NCBI GenBank assembly: GCA_029259715.1
Contig: JAJDEP010000003.1
Span: forward strand, 301,370-365,369
Reading direction: 5' to 3'
DNA: 64,000 bases
Source: Planctomycetota bacterium
GTDB lineage: Bacteria > Planctomycetota > B15-G4
Shown in pieces: positions 46,967-59,520 of the stretch. Made by a program: the position numbers and the translations under genes. The notes under the pieces are model-generated. The model was not told the origin of the DNA. It did not search any database and saw nothing but the letters and a program-made list of their open reading frames with translations. Numbering within the stretch: the stretch's first letter is position 1; each line of letters opens with the position of its first letter.

Positions 46967-49882
46967 ATGACGCACCAGGCTTTCTGCATCGAGGTCGGCA
47001 TTCGTCCCGACCGCTCTGACGTGCGCGCCGCCCGACTGCTCGCACAGGCCGATGAGGCCGGGCTCACCCTCGGGGGAGACCTGAGCACGGCCACCGGCTA
47101 TTCCCTGCGCCTGGCCGGTGGAGAGGACGACGCTCGACGGCTCGCCCGCGAGGTCCTCGCCGATCCGGTCATGAACACCGTGCGGATCTTCCGCCCCGAG
47201 GACGATCCGCGTCCGTCGGAGGGGCGCCGCATCGAGGTGGTCCGGCGCCCGGGCGTGATGGACCCCGTCTCCCAGAGCGTCGTACGCGCGGCGGCCAGCC
47301 TGGGTCTGACCATCACAGACGTGAGGAGCTGGGACGCCTATCTCGTGCCCGCCTCGACGGCCGACGACGTCGTCGACGAACTCGGCCGCACGCTGTTGGC
47401 CAACACGGCCATCGAAGAGGTGCGCGTCGACCCCGAGCAAGGCATCGCCCCCGTCGCCGAGCTCCCGGACGCGCCCTTTGTCCTGCGCCACGTGCCCCTG
47501 CGCGAGGCGCCTGCCGAGGAACTGCGCCGACTGAGCGAACAAGGTTGCCTGGCCCTCGACGGCGAGGAGATGGCCACCATCCAGGGACACTTCGTCGCGC
47601 TGGGTCGTGATCCCACGGACATCGAGCTCGAGACCATCGCGCAGACCTGGTCCGAGCACTGCAAGCACAAGACGCTCACCGGCCTCGTCGAGTACGAGGG
47701 CGAGACACTCGACAACCTGCTGAAGTCGACCATCGCCCGCGCCACCCACGAGCTCGACCGGGAATTCTGCCGCTCGGTCTTCGTCGACAACGCCGGGGTC
47801 GTGGCCTTCGACGACGAGCACCACCTGACCTACAAGGTCGAGACCCACAACCACCCCTCGGCCATCGAGCCCTACGGCGGCGCGGGGACCGGCATGGGCG
47901 GCGTCCTGCGCGACACCATGGGCACAGGACTCGGGGCGCGCCCCATCGTCTCGACGGACGTCTTCTGTTTCGGCCCCCCGGACCTGCCGCTCGACGCGGT
48001 GCCCAAGGGCTGCCTGCATCCGCGGCGCATCATGCGCGGCGTGGTGTCGGGAGTGCGCGATTACGGCAACCGCATGGGAATACCCACCGCAGCAGGAGCC
48101 CTGTGCTTCGACGAACGCTACGTCGGCAACCCGCTCGTGTACTGCGGCAGCGTCGGCCTGCTGCCCGTCGACCGGCTCGAGAAGGTCACGCTCCCGGGCG
48201 ACCTGATCCTGCTCGCGGGCGGACGCACCGGCCGCGACGGCATCCACGGCGCCACGTTCAGCAGCCTCGAGCTCCATGACGAGAGCGAGACGGTCTCATC
48301 CGGGGCGGTGCAGATCGGCAACGCCATCGAGGAAAAGAAGGTCCTCGACGCCATGCTCACCGCGCGCGACCAGGGACTCTACCGCTGCGTGACCGATTGC
48401 GGCGCCGGCGGACTCTCCTCCGCCGTCGGCGAGATGGGCGAGACCACCGGCGCGCACGTCGTGCTCGACACCGTGCCCCTCAAATACCACGGCCTCACCC
48501 ACGACGAGATCTGGATCTCCGAGGCGCAGGAGCGGATGGTCTACGCCGTCCCGCCCGAGCATCGCGAGGCCATTCTCGCGGTGTTCGCCGCCGAGGACGT
48601 CGAAGCCACCATCATCGGGGAGTTCAACGACAGCGGGCAGCTCACCGCCGAGTTCCACGGCGAACCGGTCATGGACCTGTCCATGCAGTTCCTGCACGAC
48701 GGCCTGCCCCGCCAGACCCGCAAGGCCGTGCGTCGCCGCCGCGACCTGCACGACCCGACACCGCTCGCCGCCGACGATGTCGCGGCCATGCTGCCCGCGC
48801 TGCTCGCCCATCCCAACGTCGCCAGCAAGGCCTGGGTCATCCGCCAATACGATCACGAGGTCCAGGCCGGGTCGGTGGTCAAGCCGCTGGTCGGTCCCGG
48901 GCACGACGGCCCGGGCGACGGCGCCGTGATCGCGCCGGTGCTCGGCTCCCGCCGCGGCTTCGCCCTGGGCTGCGGCATCAACCCGAACCTGGGCGACGTC
49001 GACCCCTACCAGATGGCCTTGCACGCCATCGACGAGGCCATGCGCAACGTCGTCGTGCTCGGCGCCGACCCCGACCAGGTCTCCATCCTCGACAACTTCT
49101 CCTGGGGCAACTGCGAGAAGCCGGAGAATCTCGGCGACCTCGTCGAAGCCTGCCGCGCCTGCTACGACGGCGCCATGGCCTTCCGCACGCCGTTCATCTC
49201 GGGCAAGGACAGCCTGAACAACGACTATCGCGTGGGCAACGAGAGCCGCTCCATCCCGCCCACGCTGCTCATCTCGGCACTTGGCATCGTCCCCGACGTC
49301 GGCAACGCCATGACCATGGACCTCAAGGCGCCCGGGCACGCCCTGCTGCTGGTCGGCGCGACCGGGCCGCACCTCGGTGGCAGCCTGCTGGCGCAACACG
49401 GCGGCGCCCTGGGGCGGACGGTGCCGCCCGTCGACCTCACGGCCGCTCCCGCTGTCCTCGTCGCCATCCACGCATTGATCAACGCCGGCCTGCTGCACGC
49501 CTGCCACGACCTCTCCGAGGGCGGGCTGGCTGTCGCGGCGGCCGAGTGCGCCTTCGCCGGCGACGTGGGCGCCGAGATCGACGCCGCCGCCCTGACCCTC
49601 GACGGGGACGACCTTTCCCTCGGGGCCCGGCTCTTCGGCGAGACGCCCACGCGCTTCCTCATGGAAGTGGACGAGGCGGACCTGCCGGCGGTCACCGCGG
49701 CTCTCGGCGCGATCCCCTGGTCGCGCGTCGGCACGACTACGCCCGACTCCGTCTTCGTCATCCGGGACGGCGACACCGAAGTCGCCCGCTGGCCGCTCAC
49801 CGTGCTCAAGGCCGCCTTCACCGCGACCCTCGACCTCGACCATGAACTCGAGGCGAACAACGGCGCGGGAGACGCGGCATGA
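46967..49882 (+). CDS. purL: Phosphoribosylformylglycinamidine synthase PurL with N-terminal PurS-like region
   Basis: QTWSEHCKHK, KVETHNHPSAIEPYGGA, TGRDGIHGATFSS, DCGAGG, SGKDSLNN, HDLSEGG. Confidence 0.95.
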   Translation: MTHQAFCIEVGIRPDRSDVRAARLLAQADEAGLTLGGDLSTATGYSLRLAGGEDDARRLAREVLADPVMNTVRIFRPEDDPRPSEGRRIEVVRRPGVMDPVSQSVVRAAASLGLTITDVRSWDAYLVPASTADDVVDELGRTLLANTAIEEVRVDPEQGIAPVAELPDAPFVLRHVPLREAPAEELRRLSEQGCLALDGEEMATIQGHFVALGRDPTDIELETIAQTWSEHCKHKTLTGLVEYEGETLDNLLKSTIARATHELDREFCRSVFVDNAGVVAFDDEHHLTYKVETHNHPSAIEPYGGAGTGMGGVLRDTMGTGLGARPIVSTDVFCFGPPDLPLDAVPKGCLHPRRIMRGVVSGVRDYGNRMGIPTAAGALCFDERYVGNPLVYCGSVGLLPVDRLEKVTLPGDLILLAGGRTGRDGIHGATFSSLELHDESETVSSGAVQIGNAIEEKKVLDAMLTARDQGLYRCVTDCGAGGLSSAVGEMGETTGAHVVLDTVPLKYHGLTHDEIWISEAQERMVYAVPPEHREAILAVFAAEDVEATIIGEFNDSGQLTAEFHGEPVMDLSMQFLHDGLPRQTRKAVRRRRDLHDPTPLAADDVAAMLPALLAHPNVASKAWVIRQYDHEVQAGSVVKPLVGPGHDGPGDGAVIAPVLGSRRGFALGCGINPNLGDVDPYQMALHAIDEAMRNVVVLGADPDQVSILDNFSWGNCEKPENLGDLVEACRACYDGAMAFRTPFISGKDSLNNDYRVGNESRSIPPTLLISALGIVPDVGNAMTMDLKAPGHALLLVGATGPHLGGSLLAQHGGALGRTVPPVDLTAAPAVLVAIHALINAGLLHACHDLSEGGLAVAAAECAFAGDVGAEIDAAALTLDGDDLSLGARLFGETPTRFLMEVDEADLPAVTAALGAIPWSRVGTTTPDSVFVIRDGDTEVARWPLTVLKAAFTATLDLDHELEANNGAGDAA

Positions 49883-50676
49883 CCACGCCCTCCGTGCTCG
49901 TCCTGCGCGCCGCCGGCACCAACTGCGACCGCGAGACCGGTTACGCGTTCGAGCTGTTCGGCGCCCGCTCCGAGACCTTCCACATCAACCGTCTGCTGGA
50001 CGACCCGGCGCTGCTCGAGCGCCATCACGTCCTGGCGGTGCCGGGAGGGTTCGCCTACGGCGACGACGTCGGGGCCGGCGCCGTGATGGCCTGTGAGATG
50101 CGCGGCCGCCTGGGCGAGCCGCTGGTCCGCTTCGTCGAGCAGGGCGGGCTCGTGCTCGGCATCTGCAACGGCTTCCAGGTGCTCGTGCGGCTCGGCTTGC
50201 TGCCCGGCCTCAGCGCCCCGCTCGGCGCACGGGAGATGAGCCTGACCGACAACCGCTCGCACAAGTACGAGGACCGCTGGGTCGACCTGTCCGTCACCAG
50301 CCGCCGCTCAGTGTTCGTGGGCGACATCGAGTCACTGCACGTGCCGGTGGCCCACGCCGAGGGCCGCTTGGTGTGCCTCGACGACGATGTCCGGCGTCAG
50401 CTGATCGACGACGACCGCGTGGTCTTCCGCTATGCCGACGAGACGGGCGCCCCCACCCAGGACTATCCCGACAACCCCAACGGCAGCGTCGACGCCATCG
50501 CCGGCCTCACCGACGCCAGCGGACGCGTGCTGGGCCTGATGCCCCACCCCGAGCGGGCGCTGTTCGGCTTCCACGTCCCCACCTGGACCCGGAACCGCAA
50601 CGGCTCGGTCCCCGACCTCGGCCCCGGCGCCGCCCTCTTCCGCAACGCTTGCGACTGGGTGCGCGCCAACCGCTGA
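49879..50676 (+). CDS. purQ: FGAM synthase glutaminase subunit
   Basis: GTNCDRE, PGGFAYGDD, GICNGFQVL, NPNGS, GLMPHPER. Confidence 0.95.
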   Translation: MTTPSVLVLRAAGTNCDRETGYAFELFGARSETFHINRLLDDPALLERHHVLAVPGGFAYGDDVGAGAVMACEMRGRLGEPLVRFVEQGGLVLGICNGFQVLVRLGLLPGLSAPLGAREMSLTDNRSHKYEDRWVDLSVTSRRSVFVGDIESLHVPVAHAEGRLVCLDDDVRRQLIDDDRVVFRYADETGAPTQDYPDNPNGSVDAIAGLTDASGRVLGLMPHPERALFGFHVPTWTRNRNGSVPDLGPGAALFRNACDWVRANR

Positions 50677-50682
50677 CGGCCG

Positions 50683-51822
50683 TCAGCCGCAGCAGTGCTC
50701 GATGGCGTCGGCGTAGAACGCCACGCCCTGCTCGAGTTCATCGAAGCCGATGGACTCGTCGACGGTGTGCGCCTGCTCGATGGCTCCCGGCCCGCAGACG
50801 ATGGTGGGCAACGAGAGCCCGTCCCGATAGAGCTCCGCCTCGGTGTAGAACGACACGAGCCCTCCGGTGAGTCCCGTGCGCGCCGTCGCCCACGTCACGA
50901 ACGCATCGGAGTCGGACTGGTCGAACGCCGGCAGGGCCCGGGGCCAGTCGAGGCGACCCTCCACGCCGTCGCAACCGGCACAGGCCCGCTCGAGACACGC
51001 CTGCACCGCACGGCGCAACGCCTCGTGGTCGGTGCCGGGCACCGGCCGCCACTCGAGGCTGACCCGCGAACGATCGGGCACCATGTTGGTCCCGAGGCCC
51101 GACGTCACCAGTCCCGTGTTGAGCGTCGTGCACGGTGGATCGTGCCGACTCCCCGCCGGGGCCTCGACCCGCAACTGTTCGCGCAGGGCGTGCAGCTCCA
51201 CCAGCAAGCGGCCCAGGGCCACCGAGGTGTCCGCGCCATCCCAGGGGTTGCTGCTGTGGGCCGGGGCCCCGCCCAGGTCGATCCAGGCGACGGCGTAGCC
51301 CTTGTGACCCACGATGGGTCGCAGCCCCGTCGGCTCCCCCACGATGCACACGCCCCCCGTCAGGTCGCCGAGAGCCCGGTTGTCCGCCGTGAGCTGCAGC
51401 GCGCCGTGACAGCCGATCTCCTCGGCGTAGGTAAAGGCCAGCACGAGCGGGCGCTTCAGCGTCTCGCAGCATGCCGCCGCCGCCTCGATCTGGGCGGACA
51501 GCGGCCCCTTCATGTCGCATGCTCCGCGGCCGAAGAGACGCCGCCCGTCGCGCTCGGGCTGCGTGGTGGCGCGAAAGTCCTGCTGCCAGGGGACGGTGTC
51601 GACGTGCCCGGCCAGCAGCAGGCCCGCCGGCCCGGCCCCGCCGAAACGCGCCACGAGATTGTGCTGCGCGAGCCCGTCGAGTTCGGCCGACTGGACGGCC
51701 ACGTCGGCCCCCAGCGCCCGCAGCTCCTCGCGCAGCAGGTCGACGGCCGGCCCGGTCGAGCACCCCGGCGCCGTGTCGACGGCGACCAGTCGCTCGGTGC
51801 GTGTCACGACGTCGCGAGCCAT
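50683..51822 (-). CDS. argE: M20 metallopeptidase, acetylornithine deacetylase-like
   Basis: AGHVDTVP, GRGACDMKG, AEEIGC, VGEPT, HKG, GPGAIEQAHTVDE. Confidence 0.82.
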   Translation of the reverse strand: MARDVVTRTERLVAVDTAPGCSTGPAVDLLREELRALGADVAVQSAELDGLAQHNLVARFGGAGPAGLLLAGHVDTVPWQQDFRATTQPERDGRRLFGRGACDMKGPLSAQIEAAAACCETLKRPLVLAFTYAEEIGCHGALQLTADNRALGDLTGGVCIVGEPTGLRPIVGHKGYAVAWIDLGGAPAHSSNPWDGADTSVALGRLLVELHALREQLRVEAPAGSRHDPPCTTLNTGLVTSGLGTNMVPDRSRVSLEWRPVPGTDHEALRRAVQACLERACAGCDGVEGRLDWPRALPAFDQSDSDAFVTWATARTGLTGGLVSFYTEAELYRDGLSLPTIVCGPGAIEQAHTVDESIGFDELEQGVAFYADAIEHCCG

Positions 51823-51864
51823 GACGGGATCTTATGCCAACCCACGTCCCGTGCACCCGCCCCG

Positions 51865-51905
51865 AAAAAGGCACGGGCCCGGGCCGCCGTCGCGACCCGG
51901 GCCCG
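51865..51905 (-). terminator. Putative intrinsic terminator of the pilus machine operon
   Basis: Hairpin CGGGCCCGGG(T)CGC-loop-GCGGCCCGGGCCCG followed on the minus strand by TGCCTTTTT. Confidence 0.55.
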
Positions 51906-51956
51906 AGCGGCGCGCCCCGGGGGGAAGGGCGCGCTTCGGGGAGGAGGAGAGGGGGA

Positions 51957-53083
51957 CTACTTCATGACCTGGCTGATGGCGAACATCGGCATGATCAGAC
52001 TCGAGACGATCAGCGCGACGACGGCGCCCATCAGGATGGTCATGGTCGGTTCGATGGTCGCGACGAACGCCTTGATGGCCGACTCGACCTTCTTCTCGTG
52101 GTGATGGCTGATCTTGCCCAGCACCTCGGGCAGCGTTCCCGAGCGCTCACCGAGGGACAGCATGGCGGTCTCGGCCGGCGGGACCAGCGGGTTGTCGACC
52201 AGACTCGCCGACAGGTCGCCGCCATTCTGGACGTCCTCGCGCGAACGCGACCACAGCTTGCGGTACTCGTTGTTGCCCGAGACCGCCGACGCGATCTGCA
52301 GCGCCTCGAGGACGTTCAGGCCGGCGTTCAGCATCACGCCGAGCACGTGGAAGGCCCGCGACAGGGCGACCGCCCGGATCAGACCGCCGAAGGCAGGCAC
52401 CTTGAGCACCACGGGGTCGCAGATCTCGCGCCCCTTCTGCGAGCGCAACGTCAGGAAAAGCGTCGCGAACGTGCCGAGCGCCGCGGGCGCCAGCCAGGCA
52501 CCGTGCTCGATCATGAAGTCCGAGAGGGCCATGAAGAATTTGGTCGGGCCGGGCAGCTTGCTCGGGTCCTTCTCGAACAGCACGGCGAACTTCGGGAACA
52601 CGTTGACGAGCAGGAAGATCACCACGCCGACGGCGAGGACGGCCATGAAGGCCGGGTAGGCCATCGCGCCCTTCACCTTCTTGCGGGTGCTGATGTCGCG
52701 CTCCATGAACTCGGCAACCTTGCCGAGCATGTTGCCGAGGTCGCCGGTCATCTCGCCGGCGCGCACGAGCGCCAAGGCCACCGGAGAGAACGCCCAGCTG
52801 TGATAGGACATCGCCACCGAAAGGGGCTTGCCCTCCTCGACGTTGTGCCGGATGTTGCCAACGAATCGCGCCAGGTGCGGCGTGCCCGACTGCTTCTCGA
52901 GCACTTCGAGCGCGGCCGAGAGGTTCAGGCCCGTGTCGAACATGATCGAGAGCTGCGTCACGACCTCGAGGATCTGCTGCGGCGGCACCTGCATCTTCTT
53001 GACCGCCAGGTCCATGCGCTGCTTCAGGTCTGCAAAGGCGGACGCCCGGTGCTCCGGCGCAACGGCTTCTTCGGCTGCCATGT

Positions 53084-53087
<4 letters not shown>
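51957..53087 (-). CDS. pilC: Type IV pilus/T2SS inner-membrane platform protein (PilC/GspF)
   Basis: AGEMTGDL, KVKGAMAYP, GERSGTL, IEP...MGAVVALIV..LIMPMF. Confidence 0.9.
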
Positions 53088-54792
<1,705 letters not shown>

Positions 54793-54796
<4 letters not shown>

Positions 54797-55197
54797 GCCT
54801 TGTCCTCGCTCGAGGCCGGATCGGTGTCGCCGTCCGCGGCCGGGTCCGTCGGAGCCAGCGCTTCGACCGCGTCCTTGGCGGCACCCGGCTTGGACCCCTT
54901 CGCCGTGGGCATCGGCGCCTGCTCCGCGATCTCGAGGCGCTCCTGGAGACCCGTGATGGAAAGCGCCGTCATCAGCACCTCGGACGGCTCGATGATCAGG
55001 AACGACAGCCCGCGCGTCTTGGCGAGCTCGTTGAACTCGAGCAGCCCTTCGAGGCTCTGGCTGTCGAACTCGACGACCCGCGAGGCATCCATCTGGATGG
55101 ACGTCACACCGCGACTGATTTGTTCGGAGATGGTGGCCGCGAGGTCGGTGATGACACCGTGGGCCAGACTTCTCCCTCCTTCGATGCGTTGAATCAT
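54793..55197 (-). CDS. STAS-domain (anti-anti-sigma-like) protein
   Basis: MDASRVVEFDSQSLEGL...LSITGL, matching the STAS D-S motif; coupled to pilB. Confidence 0.75.
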
Positions 55198-55211
55198 GGT
55201 TCCCCCGAAGT

Positions 55212-56840
55212 TCAGCGGCCGCCGTTCATGGCGTCACGTGCGTCGATGGCCGCGTCGATCTCCATCGACAGCTCGATCAGTCCTTCGTGGAGCGGATCGA
55301 GGATCATGGCGCGGTCGGCCAGCAGGCGGGCCTCGCCGGCCTGCCCCGCCGCCAGGGCGGTGACCGCATCGCGCATCAGGTTGGTGGCGTAGACCGTGCG
55401 CGAGAGCGGACCGAAGGTCTCGCGGAACTCGGCCTGGTCGCGCTCGTGTTCATCGACGATCTCGGCACCGGTCTGGCCGTTGCTGTTGGAGTGCATGCGG
55501 CCGTGCTCGAGGATGTGCGGAGTGAGCACGATCACGATCTCGCGCCGCAGGACCGCGGTCTTCTCGGACTTGAACAGGTACTCGAGGCCGGGCAGGTAAC
55601 CGAGGATCGGGACCCGCGACGTCGTGTTCACGTCGGACGTCTCGATCAGACCGCCGATGACCACCGTCTCGCCGTCGCGGACCATGACGTTGGTGGTGAC
55701 CTCCGCCGTGGTCTCCGAGGGCAGGCCGGTGTTGACGTCGACCTTGCCATCGCTGCGCTCGGGGTGGATCTCGAGGCGCACGAAACCGTCATCGCCGATG
55801 AAGGGCCGGAAGCGCAGCTGGGTGCCGGTCTCCAGGAACTCGACCGTCTGCTGGCTGATGCCGTCGCTGACCGTCGTGCCACCGAAGTAGCCCAGGCGAC
55901 CGCCGATGATGATCTCGGCGCGCTGCTTGTTGAGCGCCAGCACCTTGGTGTTGGCCAGGACGTTGGTGTCGACGATGCTCTGCAGCGCCTCGATGAAGAT
56001 CGAGACCTTGCTGCCGATGTAGCCGATGCGCAGGCCGTCACTGGTCGGGTCGGTGAAGCCGGACTGCGATCCCGTGTAGGTCGTGCTCGGCGCCAGGCTG
56101 GTCCCTGAGAAGACGTCCTTGGTGGCGTCCAAGCTCGAGAAGTTCGAGAACTGGGCGTTGGCCAGCAGGTTGAAGTCGACGCCCCACTTGTTGGTCTCGT
56201 CGAGGGTGACCTCGAGGATGGTGGCTTCGACCAGCACCTGCCGCGGCATGACGTCGAAGTCGGCGACCAGGCGGATCATGGTGTCGACCACGTCCTGGTT
56301 GTCGATGATCAGCAGGGTCTCCTGCCCCGTCGAGTTGTCGCCGCCGGCTTCGTCACCGCCACTGGGGATGCCGACGCCGGACTGCTCGGAGATGACGATG
56401 CGGCCGTTGGCCGACAGCATCGGCAACATGAAGGCTTCGAGCTCTCGGGCCGTGCGGTAGTTCGGCCGGAAGATGTGCTCGGTGAGCGGACGCTCGAGCA
56501 GGTCGAGGTCGTCGATGCTGAAGATCATGTAGACCTTCCCATCGAACGTCCAACCGTAGCCCAGCGGGGTCAGGCACCAGTCGAGGGCTTCCTCGAGCGT
56601 GGCGTCGTAGAAGTTCGCCGTCACGGACGAGTTCGTATCGACGCCGGCGACGATATTGACCCGCTCCGAGACGGAGAGCAGTTCAAGCACGTTGCTGAGC
56701 GGCTCGTTCCGGACATTGAGGGTGATCCCTTCGTCACCATCCTGATCGTCGAAGGCGACGGCCGGGACAGCGGTGGAAAGAACCAGCAGTGCGATAAGGC
56801 AAGAGCGAAGCATGGGCTTGGGTCCGGCGGAGGCGGTCAA
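55212..56840 (-). CDS. Secretin (GspD/PilQ family)
   Basis: Signal peptide; PRQVLVEATILEV, AEIIIG, ETGTQLRFRP, VRDGETVVIGGLI, RVPILGYLP; alternative start at 56813. Confidence 0.92.
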   Translation of the reverse strand: MTASAGPKPMLRSCLIALLVLSTAVPAVAFDDQDGDEGITLNVRNEPLSNVLELLSVSERVNIVAGVDTNSSVTANFYDATLEEALDWCLTPLGYGWTFDGKVYMIFSIDDLDLLERPLTEHIFRPNYRTARELEAFMLPMLSANGRIVISEQSGVGIPSGGDEAGGDNSTGQETLLIIDNQDVVDTMIRLVADFDVMPRQVLVEATILEVTLDETNKWGVDFNLLANAQFSNFSSLDATKDVFSGTSLAPSTTYTGSQSGFTDPTSDGLRIGYIGSKVSIFIEALQSIVDTNVLANTKVLALNKQRAEIIIGGRLGYFGGTTVSDGISQQTVEFLETGTQLRFRPFIGDDGFVRLEIHPERSDGKVDVNTGLPSETTAEVTTNVMVRDGETVVIGGLIETSDVNTTSRVPILGYLPGLEYLFKSEKTAVLRREIVIVLTPHILEHGRMHSNSNGQTGAEIVDEHERDQAEFRETFGPLSRTVYATNLMRDAVTALAAGQAGEARLLADRAMILDPLHEGLIELSMEIDAAIDARDAMNGGR

Positions 56841-57580
56841 TGGCTATCGACTTCGGCCGTGGGGCCGCTTGAGAGGGTGAACGGATCGGCGAACAGAGCG
56901 TCGGCCTGTAGCGCATCCGGAATCATGGTGTCGGTGTCATGCACGCCGTCCGGGAGGATGTCCCCGACCACGGGCGGTGAGTCGATGCGGCCATACAGGA
57001 CCGGCATCTCTACGGTGTGGATGTCCTGGCTGGGCGAGCGCAGCACGATGGTGCGCTCACGGATCTCCTCCAGGTTCCAGCCCTGGATCGAGTCCCCCAC
57101 GAAGTGCATGCGGCCATCGATGACGGCCACCGGGAGACGCTGGGAAGCGAGCGTGGCCGAGAGGTTGATCGACGGCGGTTGCAGCTTGACGTCGATCTCC
57201 TGCACCTCCGTCGGCGTGCTCCAGAACGCAGAGAACGGGTCGCTCTCGAGCTCGGCTCCGTCTTCGGTCCCTCCTTCGGAGTCGTCGTCGGCTCCGAATT
57301 CGGCGAGGGGGCGACTGAGGACCGGGTTGGCCTCGATGACGACGGGGACGAGGTCCACGCCGCTGCTCTCGGTGGCATCCTCGGTCATGGCCTGGGCGAC
57401 CCCGCTCTTGGGCTGGGCCACGATGGGCGTCTCGTCGCTGCTGAACTGCGAGGAGATCACGAGACCCAGGACGGCGGTGAGGCTGCCCAGCACGATCAGC
57501 TGACGGCGCTGCTTCTTGCCAGCCTTCACCCTCAGCTGTTCGCTGATCGAACCCGGCTTGTCCTTCTCGGCAGTCTTCAA
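56837..57580 (-). CDS. Bitopic alignment protein (PilP/GspC-like)
   Basis: TTG coupled start; TM; DPF motif; LSATL...AVIDGR..VGDSIQGW.LEEI. Confidence 0.68.
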   Translation of the reverse strand: MKTAEKDKPGSISEQLRVKAGKKQRRQLIVLGSLTAVLGLVISSQFSSDETPIVAQPKSGVAQAMTEDATESSGVDLVPVVIEANPVLSRPLAEFGADDDSEGGTEDGAELESDPFSAFWSTPTEVQEIDVKLQPPSINLSATLASQRLPVAVIDGRMHFVGDSIQGWNLEEIRERTIVLRSPSQDIHTVEMPVLYGRIDSPPVVGDILPDGVHDTDTMIPDALQADALFADPFTLSSGPTAEVDSH

Positions 57581-58101
57581 GACTCGGCCTCCAACATCAC
57601 GGCGATCTGCAAGTTGATTCGGCGTTGCTCGGCGCCCTGCTCGACCTTGAGCTGGAGCAAGCGCGTGACCCACGGCATGCCTTCCAGCGCCGTGAGGAAC
57701 TCGAGCAAGGACGAGGCGTTGCCTTCCACGACCAGATCGATCGCGCGGAAGGGGAAGCGCCCGCTCCGGTTCGTGGAGCCGCTGTCCATGCGCACACTGA
57801 CCAGGCCGGTGTCGATGACGTGCTCGAGCACGAGCGTCTCGACGCCTTGCAGGGCTTCGGGCGTGTCCGGGCAGAGCCGCTGCGCACGATTCGCGCTCTG
57901 CTCCCGGACCTCGAGGACCTGCTGGTGCAGCTCCTGCACCTGGAGCTGCACAGCCTCGTCGGCGACGCGCTGGCTGTTGAGCAGGTGCACCTCATCCTCG
58001 AGGGAGGTCACGCTCCCCTGGATCGGATAGAGGACGCCGGACGAGGCGATGATCAGACCCACGCCGATGAGGGCGATGGTGGTTGAGGCCTTGGACTTCA
58101 T
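57577..58101 (-). CDS. PilO/GspM-like protein
   Basis: TM, coiled coil and ferredoxin-like segment LVVEGNASSLLEFLTALE; gene position. Confidence 0.72.
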   Translation of the reverse strand: MKSKASTTIALIGVGLIIASSGVLYPIQGSVTSLEDEVHLLNSQRVADEAVQLQVQELHQQVLEVREQSANRAQRLCPDTPEALQGVETLVLEHVIDTGLVSVRMDSGSTNRSGRFPFRAIDLVVEGNASSLLEFLTALEGMPWVTRLLQLKVEQGAEQRRINLQIAVMLEAES

Positions 58102-59477
58102 CAGCGGGTCTCCGCGCGGGCGTAGATGCGGAAGCGTTCGCCCTCGGTGCCCACCCCGATGAGGACGCGCTCACTCGCCTCGACCTGCACGTTCGAGAAC
58201 GCCTGCGTGACCAGCAGGTCGTCGGCGAACTTGCGCACGGCCAGGTTGTCGGCAGCGATGCCGTGGATGCGGACATCGAGGTTGCGCGCGACCGGCTCGT
58301 TCGGGTCGACCACGGCATCCTTGTCGAGGATCGCCTTCTCCTCGTCCGCGATGTGGATCGACTCGATCATGATCGAGCCGGCGGCATGGTTGGCGATGAT
58401 CGAGAACAGCGTCGACATGCGGTGGCCGGGATAGGCGAGGTTGATCACCTTCTCGTTGGCCTTCTCCTTGTCGAGCTCAGCCTGCAGGTTCGCCAGCTCG
58501 ACCTTCGCGACGGCGAGGATGGTGAGCTGGTTCTGGAGGTCGGACTTCTTCGTCTCGAGGTCGCCGGCCTTGCGCGACCCGGTCACGCCGGCGAGGACCA
58601 CGATGAGCGCCGCGGCGGCCGTCATGGTGACGCCGTACTTGCGCACCTTGCGCTTCTGCCGCATGACCCGTTCTTCGGGCGGCGTGAAGTCGACGAGGGC
58701 CCGACCGTCCGTGGCCAGGCCCAGCCCGATGCAGTCGTCGCAGGCCGCCGGGGCGACATCGACGCGGATGCCGATCGACTCGGCATAGACCTTGCGGTCG
58801 TCCTCGTCGACGCTGACGGTCTCGAGCACGTCGAGATCGCTGCCGCCGATGGCGCCGAGCGCCCGCGAGATGGTCGCCTTGAGTTCGGGTCCCGAGACAG
58901 GGGACGGGACGATGCGCGCGAAGAGCAACTTCTCGTCGCGGCCGGCCAGGATCATGTCCCCGTCACCGGAGCGGATCAGCCGTACGTGCAGGCCTTCACC
59001 GGGCCACGCCCGCCAGGCCGACAGCGTGCCGCATTCGACCGCCTCGACGTCGAGCTGCATCTCGCGGCAGACGGCGACGACATCCGTGAGGCGCTGCTTG
59101 TCGATCGCGGCCATGACCACGAGTGAAGGTCCGGGCGTGGCCCGGGTCCCTGATACTGCCGACTCCGCAGAGAACCCCATCGTCGCCTTCTCGGCATTGA
59201 AGACGGGGTCGCCCTTGAGGCGGTCAGTGCAGATGGCGCGGGCCGACTTGGACCCGGGCGGAACCGTGAGTGACTCGATCAGGACCGACTTGCCTTCGAG
59301 GCCGACGCGCACCTGCTTGCCCACGAAGGGAGCGGAGGAGAGCAGCTGCCGGACGCTCTTCTTGAAGTTGTCGTCGATCGAGACCGCCGAGGCGACGACC
59401 TTGCCGTCCACCATCTGCACGGCACGGAGCTGTCCGTCCGCCACTACGAGTCCGATGTTTCCGGATTTCCTCTTCAA
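58101..59477 (-). CDS. Fused PilM-PilN (GspL-like architecture)
   Basis: Actin-like N-terminal half; LGLA..VDFTPPE junction; TM; coiled coil; IHGIA...FADDL...FSNV PilN domain; GGGAGAGG RBS. Confidence 0.72.
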   Translation of the reverse strand: MKRKSGNIGLVVADGQLRAVQMVDGKVVASAVSIDDNFKKSVRQLLSSAPFVGKQVRVGLEGKSVLIESLTVPPGSKSARAICTDRLKGDPVFNAEKATMGFSAESAVSGTRATPGPSLVVMAAIDKQRLTDVVAVCREMQLDVEAVECGTLSAWRAWPGEGLHVRLIRSGDGDMILAGRDEKLLFARIVPSPVSGPELKATISRALGAIGGSDLDVLETVSVDEDDRKVYAESIGIRVDVAPAACDDCIGLGLATDGRALVDFTPPEERVMRQKRKVRKYGVTMTAAAALIVVLAGVTGSRKAGDLETKKSDLQNQLTILAVAKVELANLQAELDKEKANEKVINLAYPGHRMSTLFSIIANHAAGSIMIESIHIADEEKAILDKDAVVDPNEPVARNLDVRIHGIAADNLAVRKFADDLLVTQAFSNVQVEASERVLIGVGTEGERFRIYARAETR

Positions 59478-59520
59478 TTGACTTGCCTCTCCCAGTGGTC
59501 GCGGATGCGGTTGGCGGGGA

